Of a stretch of 64,000 nucleotides of DNA, positions 36,339 through 49,634 are shown piece after piece. Origin of the DNA: Chiloscyllium plagiosum (Eukaryota); assembly GCF_004010195.1 (NCBI RefSeq), contig NC_057725.1, positions 50,236,143 through 50,300,142 of the forward strand, in the 5' to 3' direction. The position numbers and the translations under genes were made by a program. How positions within the stretch are numbered: the first letter of the stretch is position 1; every line of letters starts with the position of its first letter. The notes under the pieces were generated by a model. It saw nothing but the letters and a program-made list of their open reading frames with translations. It did no database searches and was not told where the DNA came from.

Positions 36339-36985
36339 AGTCAAGAAGGTGTTTAATGTGCTTTCCTTTATTGGTCAGACTTTTGAGTACAGGAGTTGGG
36401 AGGTCATGTTGCAGCTATACAGGATATTGGTTAGGCCACTTTTGGAATATAGCGTGCAATTCTGGTTTCCTTCCTATCAGACATACATGAAACTTGAAAG
36501 AGTTCAGTAAAGATTTACAAGGATGTTGCTAGGGTTGGAGGATTTGAGCTATATGGAGAGGTTGAATAGGCTGGGGCTGTTTTGCCTGGAGCATCAGAGT
36601 CTGAGGGGTGACTTTACAGAGGTTTACAAAATAATGAGGAGCATGGATAGGATAAATAGACAAAGTCTTTTTCCTGGGGTGGGGGAGTCCAGAACTAGAG
36701 GGCATAGGTTTAGGGTGAGAGGGGAAAGATATAAAAGGGACCTAAGGGGCAACTTTTTCATGCAGACGGTGGTACTGGATGGAATGAATTGCCAGAGGAA
36801 GTGGTGGAGGCTAGTATAATTGCAACATTTAAGAGACATCTGGATGGGTGTATGAATAGGAAATTTTTAGAGAGACATGGGCTGGGTGGTGGCAAGTAGG
36901 ACTAGATTAGGTTGGGATATCTGGTCACCATGGATTGTTGGGCCGAAGGGTCTGTTTCCATACTGTATATCTCTATGACTTGGTG
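36339..36985 (+). mobile_element. CR1 LINE 3' fragment inserted in the LTR
   Basis: LSYMERLNRLGLF..LRGDFTEVYKIM..SRTRGH; tail ctctatgact. Confidence 0.92.
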
Positions 36986-37548
36986 ACTAGTTCTTGGCCT
37001 CTCAAATTTTCACAGATTACTGCATGGGATAAATCTTTTCTGTATTGCTGGTTTAAATTGAGCAGGGGGGTTTAGCCTCCAGGATTTGAAAGGTTTCAGG
37101 GCTTTTGTCTGCGATTTGAACAGTTTAGGTCTGGGATTTGTGATTTGAACTGGTTTAGACAGATCTGAATTGAATTGGGGGTACGAAAATCCCAGCAGAT
37201 CTAAACACTTGCAGGTTAGTGTCCTTGATCTTTTAATAAAATGTAGGCAAGACAATTTGTTTAATTTCGGTGACTTGTGTTTGATTAAATTAAAAGTGAA
37301 AGAAATGGCTCTTAAAATTGCTAAAGAGACTCTAGGATTTTAAGATGATTCTCAAATTTGTCAAGAAAGTTTCGAAGGAAAGAAAAAGGCCATACTTTAG
37401 AATTAGCAAATAAGTCAGATTTGGGTTTAACCAAGGACAAACGTAAAGCTGAAATTGTAAGAGAATTACTCAAACACTTGTGTATCAGAGAAACAGACAA
37501 GTGCAGTCGAGGTAAAAAAACTTAAATTACAACTGAGGAAAATGGAGT

Positions 37549-37695
37549 NNNNNNNNNNNNNNNNNNNNNNNNNNNNNNNNNNNNNNNNNNNNNNNNNNNN
37601 NNNNNNNNNNNNNNNNNNNNNNNNNNNNNNNNNNNNNNNNNNNNNNNNNNNNNNNNNNNNNNNNNNNNNNNNNNNNNNNNNNNNNNNNNNNNNNN
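37549..37695. other. Assembly gap
   Basis: Run of N. Confidence 1.
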
Positions 37696-39200
37696 AAAGG
37701 GAGAGACAAAAAGAGAGAGAATTTGAACTTGAGAAGCTGCAAATTAGTCAGCAAAGTCAAGTTAACAGTATGGAGATTAAAAGAGAAGGTAGTGTTATAT
37801 ACAAATATGTCAAAACTACTACATTTTGATGAGAAAGATGTTGATGTCTTCTTTATTTCATTTGAAAAATTGGCTAGGCAGATGGAGTGGTCCAAGGATT
37901 TATGGATCATGCTAGTTCAGGCGAAACTGATAGGCAGAGCGAGTGAGGTATTTGCCGTGTTGTCAGATGAGGGGTCAAGAGATTATGAAGAGGTTAAACA
38001 GGCTATTTTAGGTGCTTATGAATTGGTACCAGAAGCATATAGGCAGTGGTTCAGAAACACAAAGAAGGAACCAGGTTAGACTTGTGCTGAAGTTGAAAGA
38101 ATTCAATATAGTCATTTTGATAGATGGGTGCGTGCTTTAAAGATAGATAGGACATTTGAGGCTCTCAGAAAGATTATTCTGCTGGAGGAGTTTAAAAACT
38201 CATTTCCAGAGATGGTAAGAATTCAAGTGAAGGAACAGAAATTTCAGAAAGTGAGAAGGGCAGCAGAATTAGCAGATGAATACATGTTGGTGCATAAGAC
38301 AAGCTTTCAGCCAGAACTTCGTCCTGTGAGGGATAGAAGTTGGGAGAAGGGAAGATGATACACAACTAAACCAAGAGTAGAGAACACTGGTAAGAATTTA
38401 TCACACGTTAAAGAAGTCCAAGAGGGTGGAAAGGAGGTGAAAGGTCTCAGGTGTTTTCACTGTAATGCAGTGGGACACAGAAAATTATAGTGCCGGTGGT
38501 TTCAGAAGGGCACTTGGAAAAGGTGTTTTCACCGCCAGAAGGCAGGACACATAAAGTCACAGTGCTGGTCATAAAAGAAAGGTGCTGTGGGAAAAGACAT
38601 GGTAAAAGAAGCTCAGCCAATGGCATTCGTGAAGTTAGTAAAGGAGACCCCAAGAAGAGCCGAGGAGCTTCAGGAGAATGCACAGCCTAGACAGGGGCTG
38701 GGTATGGAATTAGTACCTCATCTCTACAAAGAATTTGTCTCTGTGGGTAAAGTTTACTTAAAAAGAACAGGGGAAGAAGGTCAAGAAGTTATAATTTTGA
38801 GAAATACAGGATCTAACGAGTCGCTGATGGTAACCAGCACCTTTGTTGCTAATTCCCGAATGTGTAGAACCTTTCACGCAGGTTATAATTGATTGTGTAG
38901 GTCCCCTCCCAAGAACTAACAGTGGGAACCAGTACTTGTTAACCATATTGAATGCATCTACCAGATTTCTGGAGGCAATTTCATTATGGAATATCAAGGC
39001 AAAAAGGATGATAGAGGAGTTAGTAGCTTTCTTCACATGGTTTGGGCTACCCAGAGAGGTTCAGTTGGACCAAGAGTCTAATTTTACTGCTTGGGCTGTT
39101 TAAGGAGGTTATGGATATCTTAGGTATACAGCACTTTAAATCCAGTGTGTATCATCCTGAATCCCAGGGAGCTTTAGAAAGGTGGCATCAGACCTTGAAG

Positions 39201-39595
39201 CTGAAAATGTGTTGCTGGAAAAGCGCAGCAGGTCAGGCAGCATCCAAGGAGCAGAAGAATTGATGTTTCGGGCATGAGCCCTTCTTCAGGAATGAGGAAA
39301 GTGTGTCCAGCAGGCTAAGATAAAAGGTGGGGAGGAGGGACTTGGGGGAGGGGCGTTGGAAATGTAATAGGTGGAAGGAGGTAAAGGTGAAGGTGATAGG
39401 CCGGAGTGGGGGTGGGGGCGGAGAGGTCAGGAAGAAGATTGCAGATTAGGAAGGCGGTGCTGAGTTCGATGGATTTGACTGAGACAAGGTGGGGGGAGGG
39501 GAAATGAGGAAACTGGAGAAATCTGAGTTCATCCCTTGTAGTTGGAGGGTTCCGAGGCGGAAGATGAGGCGCTCTTCTTCCAACCGTCCAGGATT
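39201..39595 (-). mobile_element. Penelope 3' fragment inserted in the Gypsy integrase
   Basis: TSD agaccttgaag at 39190-39200 and 39596-39606; RLEEERLIFRLGTLQ; hammerhead CTGAAGA-A-GGGC-tcat-GCCC-GAAA-CATC at about 39259-39293. Confidence 0.88.
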
Positions 39596-41017
39596 AGACC
39601 TTGAAGACCATGTTGAGAGTGTACTGTCAGGATTATCCAAATGATTGGGATACAGGTATCCCATTTGTATTGCTTGCTAGTAGAAATGCTCCAAATGAAT
39701 CTACTCAGTAACTCCCTTTGAGTTAATATTCAGGCATGAAGTGAGAGGTCCTTTGAAATTAATTAAACAAAAATTGACAGGACCAAGGTCTGAGATCTCA
39801 CACTTAAATTATATATTGGAGGTGAGGGAGAGACTAAACCGAGAAGGTGAGTTAGCTAAACAGCACCTAAAAAGAGCACAGTATTGAATGAAGCAGGTGG
39901 CAGATAAAAGCTCTGAGACTCAGACGTTTTCCTGAGGGGATGATGTGTTAGCACTGTTACCAGTGAACCAGTGAAAGGAGATCCCTTCAAAGCCAGATTT
40001 AGTGGTCCCTATCAAATTGAGAAAACGCTGAGTCAAGTGAACTATCTAGTAAAAATGCCAAATATAGAAAAAAGGGTATTGTGTATGTCATGCGAACATG
40101 TTGAAACCACATTATACTAGAGAAAGAACTGGAGAAACAGGTATTATTACTGCCCCACAGAGTGAGGAATCAAATCCAGGTGATGTGGATTTTGCTGTGC
40201 CTCAAAATAGATGAAAAAAGTAAGAAGTCCTTGTGGAGTGGGATAGATATTGTGTTTAAAGAACAGGAAAAAAATGAAACCATCTTTTCATTACGATGGA
40301 TCTTTTTTTCTGGGGGGGGGGGGGGGGGGGGGGAAGGTGGAATGAAGGTGTAGAAGCGTACTGTACCTTCAAGAAATTTAAAAGCTGGCAGAGCTATCTG
40401 AAAGCACCAAGTGTTCCGAACAAGATAGAATGTAAGCTTTTGATCCAGCAGCTAGTGTAGCTGGTTGCCTGGGGATAAAAACAAGTTTGAATTAGGCCAA
40501 ACAGTTTAAATTATACCTTCAATCATTTGAATTTAGTATATTGACAATATTAAAAACCAATGACACAATCCAATTCTTTGAGGAGATAAGACTGAGAAAA
40601 CGTGAACAGTTGGGAGGGAACTGCCAAGCCTCCAACATCTGCAGACTGCCCGGAAAATTAGCTTTCTTCAAAGGTACCTTTATCAATCAGTGACCTGTGA
40701 AACAGAAATCCGTAAGAAGAAAATCTACAGAGAATGATACCAAGACAAGATTTGACAGCTGGCTGGTTTTGAAATTTGAATTTTGGTAAATTTTAATCGG
40801 GGATTTTATCATACTAGTATTATAGAAGGGAAAGTAAAGATAGGCATTGTAAATAGTTATTAGTTAATTATTCTCTGTTATACTTTAAGAAATAAAGTTG
40901 TTCCTTTTTATTTTAACTAGTTCTTGGCCTCTTGAATTTTAACAGATTACTACACGGGATAAATATTTTCCGTGTTGCTGGTTTAAATTAAGCAGAGGGG
41001 TTACCCCGTGTCATAAT

Positions 41018-44000
41018 GGTCTGGCATTGGCATTCCTGAAGCTGTTTCACCTCTGTCTCCAGGTCTGGGAAGATTTGATTTAATCTGGTATAGAGTCTTC
41101 TCCCCATTAGCAACTCTGCTAGAGCTATCTCTGTAGTTGTTTGAGGGGTGGTCCTGTAATCAAATAGGAACTGGGACAGTTTGATATCTAGTGATGCTAT
41201 CATTTAAAGTCTACCTTCAAAGTTTGGACTGCTCTCTCTGCCAGATGGATGATATGGAGCTGTCCTTATATTTCGAATACCATTCAACTTTAGGAAATAC
41301 TCAAATTCTCTGCTGATAAAGGATGGCCTGTTATCTGTGTCCAACACTTCCAGGAGTCTGTGCATTGCAAAAGATGCAGTTTTTCTATTGTCATCTCTGT
41401 GTTTGACAAATGAACTCTATGCATGTCCAACCACTTTGAGTGGGCATCCACAATAACTAAGAACATTAAGCCCATGAAAGGACCTACATTATTGACATGT
41501 AACTGAGATAAGCGTTTACCCAGGCATTCCCATGAATGTGGTACCTGCTGGTGGTAATTTTTATCTTTGTTGACACTCTGGGCACTGCCACACCAATGCG
41601 GCTATATCGTCATCCAATCCTAGCCAACAGACATGACATCTTGCCAACATCTTCATTTTTGAAATCCTGGAGTTCAGCCAGTATCTGGCGGTGACCTTTG
41701 CTTGGGACAATCACTTTTGCTCCCCATAATAACATGCCATCCTCTACTGTAATCTGGTCTCTCTGGATCCAAAAGCCTTTCACTTCAGTGTGTGACAGCT
41801 TCATTACCACTGTTTCAGTTTTGCCAGAGCTAGATCTTTCTGCATCCAAAGTCTGATATTGTCAGCTGTGACTGGACGTGTGTCCAGAAAATTTAAAACC
41901 ATGACAGACTTTGCCAGTGGTGATACAACAGTAGTGTATCTGCCAATGGGAGATGGCTCAATGCTTTCAAGTTTACTACTTGGCCTCCCAGACAGTATTC
42001 CACCTTGTAATTATACACACCTAAAATTAGAGCCCACTGCTGAATTTGGTCTGAAGCTAAGAGTGACACCCACCTTGTCCTTTTTAAGTACTGTACTCCC
42101 AGAAGGAATATGTGGTCCATTATTATTACAAATCTACATCCATAAAGGAATTGGTGGAACTTCCTACTCCAAATACAACCACCAAACTTTCCTTTTCTAT
42201 CTGGGCATATTTACGCTCTGCAGTAGCCAAAGTTCTGGATGCATACACTATTGGATGATCCTGTCCATTGAGTCATGTATGAGCTATTACAGGGAGGCAT
42301 CGCATGTAAATACCACATCTAATTGGGATCACAGTATGCCAACATCTTAGAGGATGATCATTTCCAAGGCTGACCCTTTTTAAAGAGTTGATGCAAAGGT
42401 GCCAGGATGGATGCCAGGTTATGTATGAACTTTCTGTAATAGTTCATCAGCCCAAAGAAGGAGCCAAGCTCTGGTACAAACGTGGAAGTTGGGGCATCTT
42501 TGATCACCCTCACTTTATCTTCCAATGGTGTGACCTGGTCCTGTCAACTCTGTAACCCAAGTAGGTCACCTGGGGAGCCCGGATCACATGTTTTTCCCTT
42601 CTAAGGAATATACCCAGATGGGCAAAACATCTAAGGACTATGTTCAAATTCTCTAAATGTTCCTTCTTGATCTTCCTTGTTATTAGCATGTCATCTAATA
42701 GTGACCTAGGTAAACCTTGTAAAATGTTTTTCATTGTCCACCGAAAAATTGCAGAGGCTGATAGTACCCCAAATGGTGGTCTTGTATTTTGATACAAACC
42801 CTTATGGCTATTAATTGTAGCATACTTCAGGGAATCCTCATCTAACTGCAAATGCAAGTATGTATGGCTCATAGTTGAAAAGTGTAGTGCTGGAAAAGCA
42901 AAGCAGGTCAGGCAACATCCAAGGAGCAGGAGAATTTCAGGCATAAGGGTTTTATCAGGAATGTTGGGGGGAAAAGGTGCTGAAAGTTAAATAGGAAGGT
43001 AGGGTTGGGGTTGGGGGAAGGTAGCTGGGAAGGTGATAGGTGGATGCAGGCGGGGGGGTGATTATGATAGGTCAATGGGGGAGGGTGGAGCAGATAGGTG
43101 GCAAGGAAGATGGACAGATGGGACAGGTCAAGAGGACGGGCCAAGTTGGAGGATTGGATCTGGGATGAGGTGCAGGGAAGGGAGATTTGGAAACGAGTGA
43201 AGTTGATGTTGATGCCATGTGGTTGAAGGTTCCCAAGGCAGAAGATGAGGCAATCTTCCTCCAGTCATTGGATGGCTTCGATTTGGTGGTGGAGGAAGCC
43301 CAGGACTTGCATGTCCTTGATGGAGCGGTAGGGGAAATTGAAGTGTCAGCCACAGGGCAGGGGGTTCTTTGGTAAATCTGTCCCAAAGATTTTCCCTGAA
43401 ACCTTCTGCAGGTTGTCATTCTGTCTTCCCAGTGTGGAGGAGACCACATCAAGAGCAACGGACACAGTAGATAAGCTGTTTGGACATGCAGGAAAATCTC
43501 TGCCGGATGTGAAAGGATCCTTTGGGGCCTTGGACATAGGTGAGGGGGAAGGTGTGTGCATGGTTTTAAACCTCTTGTGGTTGTAAGGGAAGGTGAGTTG
43601 ATGGTGGGTGTGGACCTAACAAGGGAGTTCCAGAGGGAATGGTCTGTGGAATGCAAATATGTCCTGCTTCATGAAGGACATCCCCAATGCCAGCTTTGCA
43701 TATAAATCCTCTATGCAAGGGAGTGGGTATTTGTCGAGCTGTGAAAAGTAGTTTGTTTGTTTACAATCCCCACAAAGGTGACCTGATCCATTGGTTAATC
43801 AATCAGTGCTGCCCATTCTGCAAACTGAACTGGTTTGAAGATTCTGTCACTTTCCAGACTTCTGATTTCTGCCTCTATTTGTGCCAGTAAGGGTTGGTCT
43901 TACAGAATTTTGGAATGGCTTCTTGGTCAATATGCATGATGGCCTTGGCTCCTTCGATAATCCCTAGACCTTTCCAACAAGATTCCATATATTTAATTAA

Positions 44001-45036
44001 GACTTCACTCAGGCAGCCATTTTCTAATCCAGAAATGTTGAACCAATCTAGATGAATCTTTCTCAAACAATTTCACCTCATTGAGCATTAGCTTGTGCCT
44101 TTTACTACAATCAATGGTAACTTAACCAGCTGCTTCTCATAAGAGACCAGAACTAAAGTTGCACCTGTAATCTGTCAGGATTTCCTGGACTAGGTTCTCA
44201 GTCTCGCCAAGGTCTTGTGCAAACTGAAGGATTAAAGTCCAGAGCAAATTTCATTAAAGACTGGGTCTGCAATCACTGAAATGTCTCCCTCAGTATCAAC
44301 CTCCATTATAATTAGGTGACCATTTATTTTGATTGATTTAGATTTGTTTTTTGTAAAACCAGATACAGATGAACTTTCCAGGGTGAGCACTCACTTGGAT
44401 ACTGGCCTATGAGTTATTTTACTCAACTTAGGTCCGGTGGAACTCTTTTGCTGCCTTGAGTCCTCACACTAGCAGCAAGTACAACTGGATCCAGTCCGGA
44501 TCCTGAAGACAATTTTCACCATTTGACCGAGGCTTGGCTTTGTTTTGGGGTTTTGCTGTGGGCTGACCGAGTGTCACTCTGTTCAGGATGTGTTCTGAGT
44601 GAGGCTGTGCAATTGCTTTCACTCAAGTAGTGTTCCCAAGCTCAGTCGGATGGGAGAGGGTGTCCGCTTTGGAATGCCCTACAACTCATATACTCCACTT
44701 GCCACATTTTCCAATGATAAAGCCAGTTGTAGTGCCTGTTTGAAGTCCAGTTTGGCTTCAACTAGTAGGCACTTTTGCATGGTTACATCATTAATCCTAT
44801 TTTTGTCGCCAGTGAAATAACTCCACAGAAGCTTGTATTCCATCAGAAAATCACCTTTTATTTCCATGTACAGAGTCCTTGATACTGATCCAGCTCTCTC
44901 AGAGTAAACAGAATGTCTGATGCTCCTGGGAGAAAGTGAGGACTGCAGATGTCTGATGCTCCTGACCTAATCGGTAAGCCAGGACTCCAATCTGGGAACT
45001 CACATTCTATGCGGTTCACCTGCTGACCTTGTTACA
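41018..45036 (-). mobile_element. Second Ty3/Gypsy element (Mag-like), decayed; 5' LTR at 44813-45036
   Basis: TG...CA LTR, PBS-like TGGCGAC (44805-44811), gag LL.EAKLDFKQALQLA, RT TINSHKGLYQ..PFGV.SA..LDDML..YLGY, integrase FLVIVDAHSKW and FLFDYRTTP. Confidence 0.88.
42872..43655 (-). mobile_element. Penelope 3' fragment nested in the Gypsy RT
   Basis: Homologous to 7255-7822 and 39201-39595 (GIY-YIG region plus family A terminus). Confidence 0.85.
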
Positions 45037-45334
45037 ATCACTGCAAGCATCATATGATGATTTAATTTGGGACCCTTGGTTAACATATGAAAATTGAGTA
45101 GAACATACTTTCTCCTCCTTCAAGATGACAACAAAATACTGCAAAGCTTTTTTTGCACAGAAATATAAATACATTAAGATAAGTTAGATTTTTATAGCTG
45201 CGTTTGATGGCTGACGAAGGCTGAAAACCTTTTTATATCATCCTCATTATCACAAATACCGAAATACCAAGAAACAAGGTCATAAATTCTAAACTTTCAC
45301 TTTCAGGAGCTGTCCTCCATAGAAAGACAGTGTA

Positions 45335-45510
45335 CGGAACTAGTTGTAGTCCAGTTAGTTACCAAAGACTATAATACCCATATCGCAACATACTTAGTAC
45401 GCACGCGCGTCCAATGCGGAACTTCAGACGATTGGAGGATGTGCAAGCAGGTCCTAACTAAAAGGGCTGTAAGGATGACCTATAGTTGTAAACAGTGAAG
45501 GTGTACGGTA
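45335..45510 (+). promoter_or_regulatory. Probable CYB561A3 promoter and non-coding exon 1
   Basis: CpG cluster GCACGCGCGT. CCAAT at 45411 and ATTGG at 45431. Two oppositely oriented ACTA(C/T)A motifs (45345-45352 minus, 45367-45380 plus). Donor ACG|gtaaga at 45508. Confidence 0.55.
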
Positions 45511-48236
45511 AGAAATTGTAACTTTGAGGAGCATTAATTTTATTAGGTAAAGCTGGCTCTATCCTTTTGTGTCTGGGAATTTTGCAGATCTTTGTCGTTG
45601 GTGAAGTTTGTCTGTGTCTTTCAAGATTGTGGTTTCTGTTTAAATTCCGCAAGTATCGTTGGTCCAAATCGATCTGATGAGCAAGTTGAACATTTTAACA
45701 ATCCATTTCACTGTTTAAATGAAGCTAAATGTGCTACTTTATGTACTGTTAGGGAAAGGTCTCAAGAGTCGTCTTAACTATTTATTTCCGCAACAAAACA
45801 TTTAATTACCTTTTAAACGGTAACAACATCATAGTTGGCATCAACACTTAACTCATAAATGCATGTTAATTGTAAAATGTTAATTAAATTGAATGAATGC
45901 GATTCATACGTTTCTTTTTAAAGTTATACTATACAAATCCCATGATTAATGCTTATAACTTACGTTACACGGGAAACTGTAAAATGCCAATTAGTGATTC
46001 GCTTCGAGAATTGTAAGTATTATCTCTACTTCACAATTCAGATGTTCACCTTTTTGGGTTTGAAACAAGCGGTGATACTTCTGCCTATGCAACTTTCAAG
46101 AGTTAAAAGCTATACAGTTGTTCCAGCACCAGAACTTAACACTTGTCAGACAAGAAAGCCTTTGAGCTAAGTTCAAGACTACATCAAAAGATGTAACTTT
46201 CCCCGCAATTCTGGGCAACTATTGAACTTTTTTTACTATTTTGGTTTATAAATCGTGTTTTGTTCTTTCCTAACTTTAGTTTTTTTTAAAAAACAAATCT
46301 AATTGTGTATTTTTTGTCTTTGGGGCAAGTGAAGCGTTTTTGCGTATTTAAATTTCATCAAAAATGATTCTGCCTAAATGACTGGCTGCTGTAAAGGCTA
46401 TAGAGTTGGTCAATTGGATCAAAAAGTTAGCGTTGTTATATTCCTTTCCAGATTTATGTTGTGGTCCGGGACTAATAACTTCTCGTTTTGTTTGGAGACC
46501 AAGATTTATATTATTCATAGTGGCAACATTGAAGCCATAAGTTTACACGTTTTAAAAAAAAACCTGAGCTTTATAATATGAAGTTTGAAGAGCAAAATAA
46601 TCTCTTACGTTTTGTAACAGTTTTGTATTCTTAAACTCTAGGATTAAAAATGGAAAACCCACGAACTTGAACATTCTGCAGAATGCATGGGATAGTAAAT
46701 GTGACCAAAACACCCCTTGGATTTCTCAGGAACTCCACTCAAAATTAGTTTCACCTGGTCTAGGACATTAATTTTTTTTTGTCACCTTTTTCAAGGATTC
46801 CATTTTGTTTTGGAAGATCTGGTTTCAGCACTCTCTTCAAGTCTCTCTGACTTGACCTACCTTATCAACTACTCAAAGTTTTAGTAGTTCAATCTCCTCC
46901 CTGGAGTCGAGGTTCCAGAGACTGCACTCCAGCATATACACATAAGCACCATTTTAGCTCTTTTGCCGACAAACCACTTTCCCAATGTGATACTTCCTTT
47001 GGTGTTCTGAGCTCCACCAAGCAAATACGACGTTGGGTTTATTTCACCTGTTCTCAGCTGTGCTGAATTATCTCTGGCTCCCAAAAACAGACACCCTGCA
47101 ATTAGGGCAGGAGAAGTTAACAGCAACACTAGTGCTGTCAAAAGCCACTAATTTGCCTTAACAATTTTCATTCCAAACTGCAACTAATTTCTCTCAGCAA
47201 GCACCCCTTGTGTAGAAAAGCATTCCTGAGTTCCACACAACTTGATCACAAACTGTACTGAGTTAATGAATTTAATAGCCTTTCAGAGTTCACAGCATGC
47301 TTTTAAATTTTTTTTTAAAACTCTCCCAGGTCTCTAACTATTTAAACCATTTACTGTTTCCATGACCTGGTTTTTCTATTCTGACCTAATTAAACAAATA
47401 TAATTAACCTCTGAAAGCAAGATGATTCATAATCAAAAATCCACGAAACTTCAGTTGCAATTATGCTTTTTTGTTGTTTCACTGGTTTGGGAATAGTTTT
47501 GTACTAAATCGCATCTACCGCAAAACACATTTGTAACAATGTCTAATTGTTCAGTTGCTTATAGTTGGGTACTATTTTTTTTTAAAATATTATTGACCCA
47601 TGTTTCAGATTAGTGAAATTTATGAACAAATGTCATTCAACTCATTTAGTCTGTCTTACCATTGATCTATATTTTACTGACCTGCTTTTTGTCCTGTAGC
47701 ATTTAATACTCTGTATTTACAAATTAAGATTTTGCTACTCCTTTAGGAAGCCCTGATCCTAGAATAACCCTCTCCCATCTGGTTTTTGACTCCTCCAACT
47801 AGAAAAGTAAATGTGCATATTAATTCTACCATCAGTCTTTTCACTTGTGGTGGTCTGCATATGGATATTAGGCATTTTCCTTCTCCCACAACACTCCTAC
47901 TCAATATCAACACCTGTTGACTCGGTTTACGCACTCACTCGCTGGACATTTTGGGGCTACCATATTTTAGCTATCCTTATTGCAGTAAGGGTTAATATGC
48001 TTGGCAAATGGAAGAACCTTCTGCATGTTAAATTTTAATATGAATGGGATTGAAAAAATCAAGTCACACTGGAAAGCAATATTTGGATTATTATTGTTCT
48101 GTAAAATTGATTTAAATTATGTCTGCAAATTTCATGTCTTCTCTCTTTTTCCCCCCCCCCAACATTACCTTGGCATGAAGTATAATGTTCAATTTTCCAC
48201 CTTCTCTCAATCTCTTTTTTGCTGTGCAGGACAAAA

Positions 48237-48423
48237 ATGAAGAGCTGCCATGTGTTCTATCTTATCTACACCTTGTCTCTCCTCTTGGGTCTAATTTGTA
48301 TTATAATTGTGACTACTTGGAGTAAGGTCTACAGAGGAGGCTTTGCCTGGGATGGCTCGGCGAAGATGTTTAATTGGCATCCTGTCTGCATGGTGACTGG
48401 GCTTGTTGTCCTTTATGGGAATG
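48237..48423 (+). CDS. CYB561A3: CYB561A3 coding exon 1 (lysosomal cytochrome b561 ferrireductase)
   Basis: Acceptor tgtgcag at 48229, then MKSCHVFYL...GGFAWDGSAKMFNWHPVCMVTGLVVLYGN, then G|gtaag. Contains the cytochrome b561 FNWHP heme-His motif. The paralog assignment is supported by linkage to TMEM138 and the C-terminal PLL. Confidence 0.92.
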
Positions 48424-49634
48424 GTAAGCTTGGAATGTGGCTTTTTAAAATTGGCTTGCTGGTTGATCATATTTGCCCCAAAGCCCCAATTTCCTCTTGA
48501 AAATTTAGGTGCTGCACTGCACTAGTGACATTTGGCAATCTTTTCAAACAATACTTCTAATGAGTGTAATTTTTTGATCATGCTTGTATCATACTTAGCA
48601 TCTGAAAATTGCTTTAGTCTACACTTTCCATGCAGCTTCACTATACATTGTCACACTGAAGTTCTGCAGCAAAGCTAAATTGAGATCAATCCAATGCCAT
48701 CAATGAGGCAGCAGATATCAAGGCAAACTTTGCCAGGTCACCTGCAAAATCACCTTCACCAATGTGGAAACTTGTGCCAGTATTGGGAGAGCTGTACTGT
48801 GGATCAGTCAAGTAATAGGAAATAATTATGCCTTTCAGTAAATGTCTGAGATTACTCCATTTCACCAGTGTTGGTACCCAGTGATATGCAATCAAGAGGG
48901 TGCAGTCCTGTGAGTCAATTGATTCTGGACCCAAAGAAGTCTGTGTCAAATTAAACACAGACTAGGAAACCTCTTGCTGAGCAGACCAAATGGCGTCCCT
49001 CAACTGATGGTTTGAAGATGTTCTATGTTGAGCTCAACTTGGAAGAAGCAGTGGATAGAAAATGCATTCAATGTACTTTGATGGACCTTGAAGACCCTAG
49101 ATAACGTAGCGTCTATCTAGATAGCTGCTAGAATTTACAAAACTACTTGACATCATCCTTGCCAATCTAGCAATTGTCGATTGCATTTTTCCTTGGCAGT
49201 ATTGATCATAATGGCCACCACATTCTTGACTGGTATGGACTGATCAGAGTTGGACGATGTGGTTTGTGTGAACATTGACACCTGGATTTTATCCAGAAAC
49301 AGTAGAAAGTACAAATCCTCTGTTTAAACTTGTCCCTGCATTCTTTCAAAACTGAATTTATCCATGTGTATGTTGTGACATTAGGCAGTCTTGGACACCA
49401 AGAACACATTCAACTTGAAGGAAGCTGATCTTTTTTTTAGTTGACTACAGTGGGGGAAAAAAGCATTTTGTGAAAATTGCCTAAGTTTCATTTACTTGCA
49501 CAGCACTGAACTCTGCTTCCAGATTTCAAACTTGAAACAAAATATGAGACACACATGACTTTAATGTACCAGTGAAGAGATGACAGAAGCTGTTGTCTAT
49601 TGAGATTTACATTATTTGTTTTAACTGTCAAACT

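Larger units (their letters stand above)
36080..41017 (+). mobile_element. Gmr1-like Ty3/Gypsy LTR retrotransposon (gag-PR-IN, no RT seen), decayed
   Basis: The partial 5' LTR (about 36080-37080, split by CR1) matches the 3' LTR at 40349-41017. Gag has FFISFEKLA...AYELVPEAYRQ..LLEEFKN (SCAN-like) and CCHC knuckles; protease ILRNTGS; integrase IIDCVGPLPRT..GNQYLLTI, YHPESQGALERWHQTLK, GPY. A G-rich polypurine tract precedes the 3' LTR. Confidence 0.9.

Noticed and set aside
37527-37910. ORFs containing X runs
   Set aside because: They span an assembly gap within the Gypsy gag.
40312-40333. Poly-G run or G-quadruplex
   Set aside because: Explained as the expanded polypurine tract of the LTR element; homopolymer length is unreliable.
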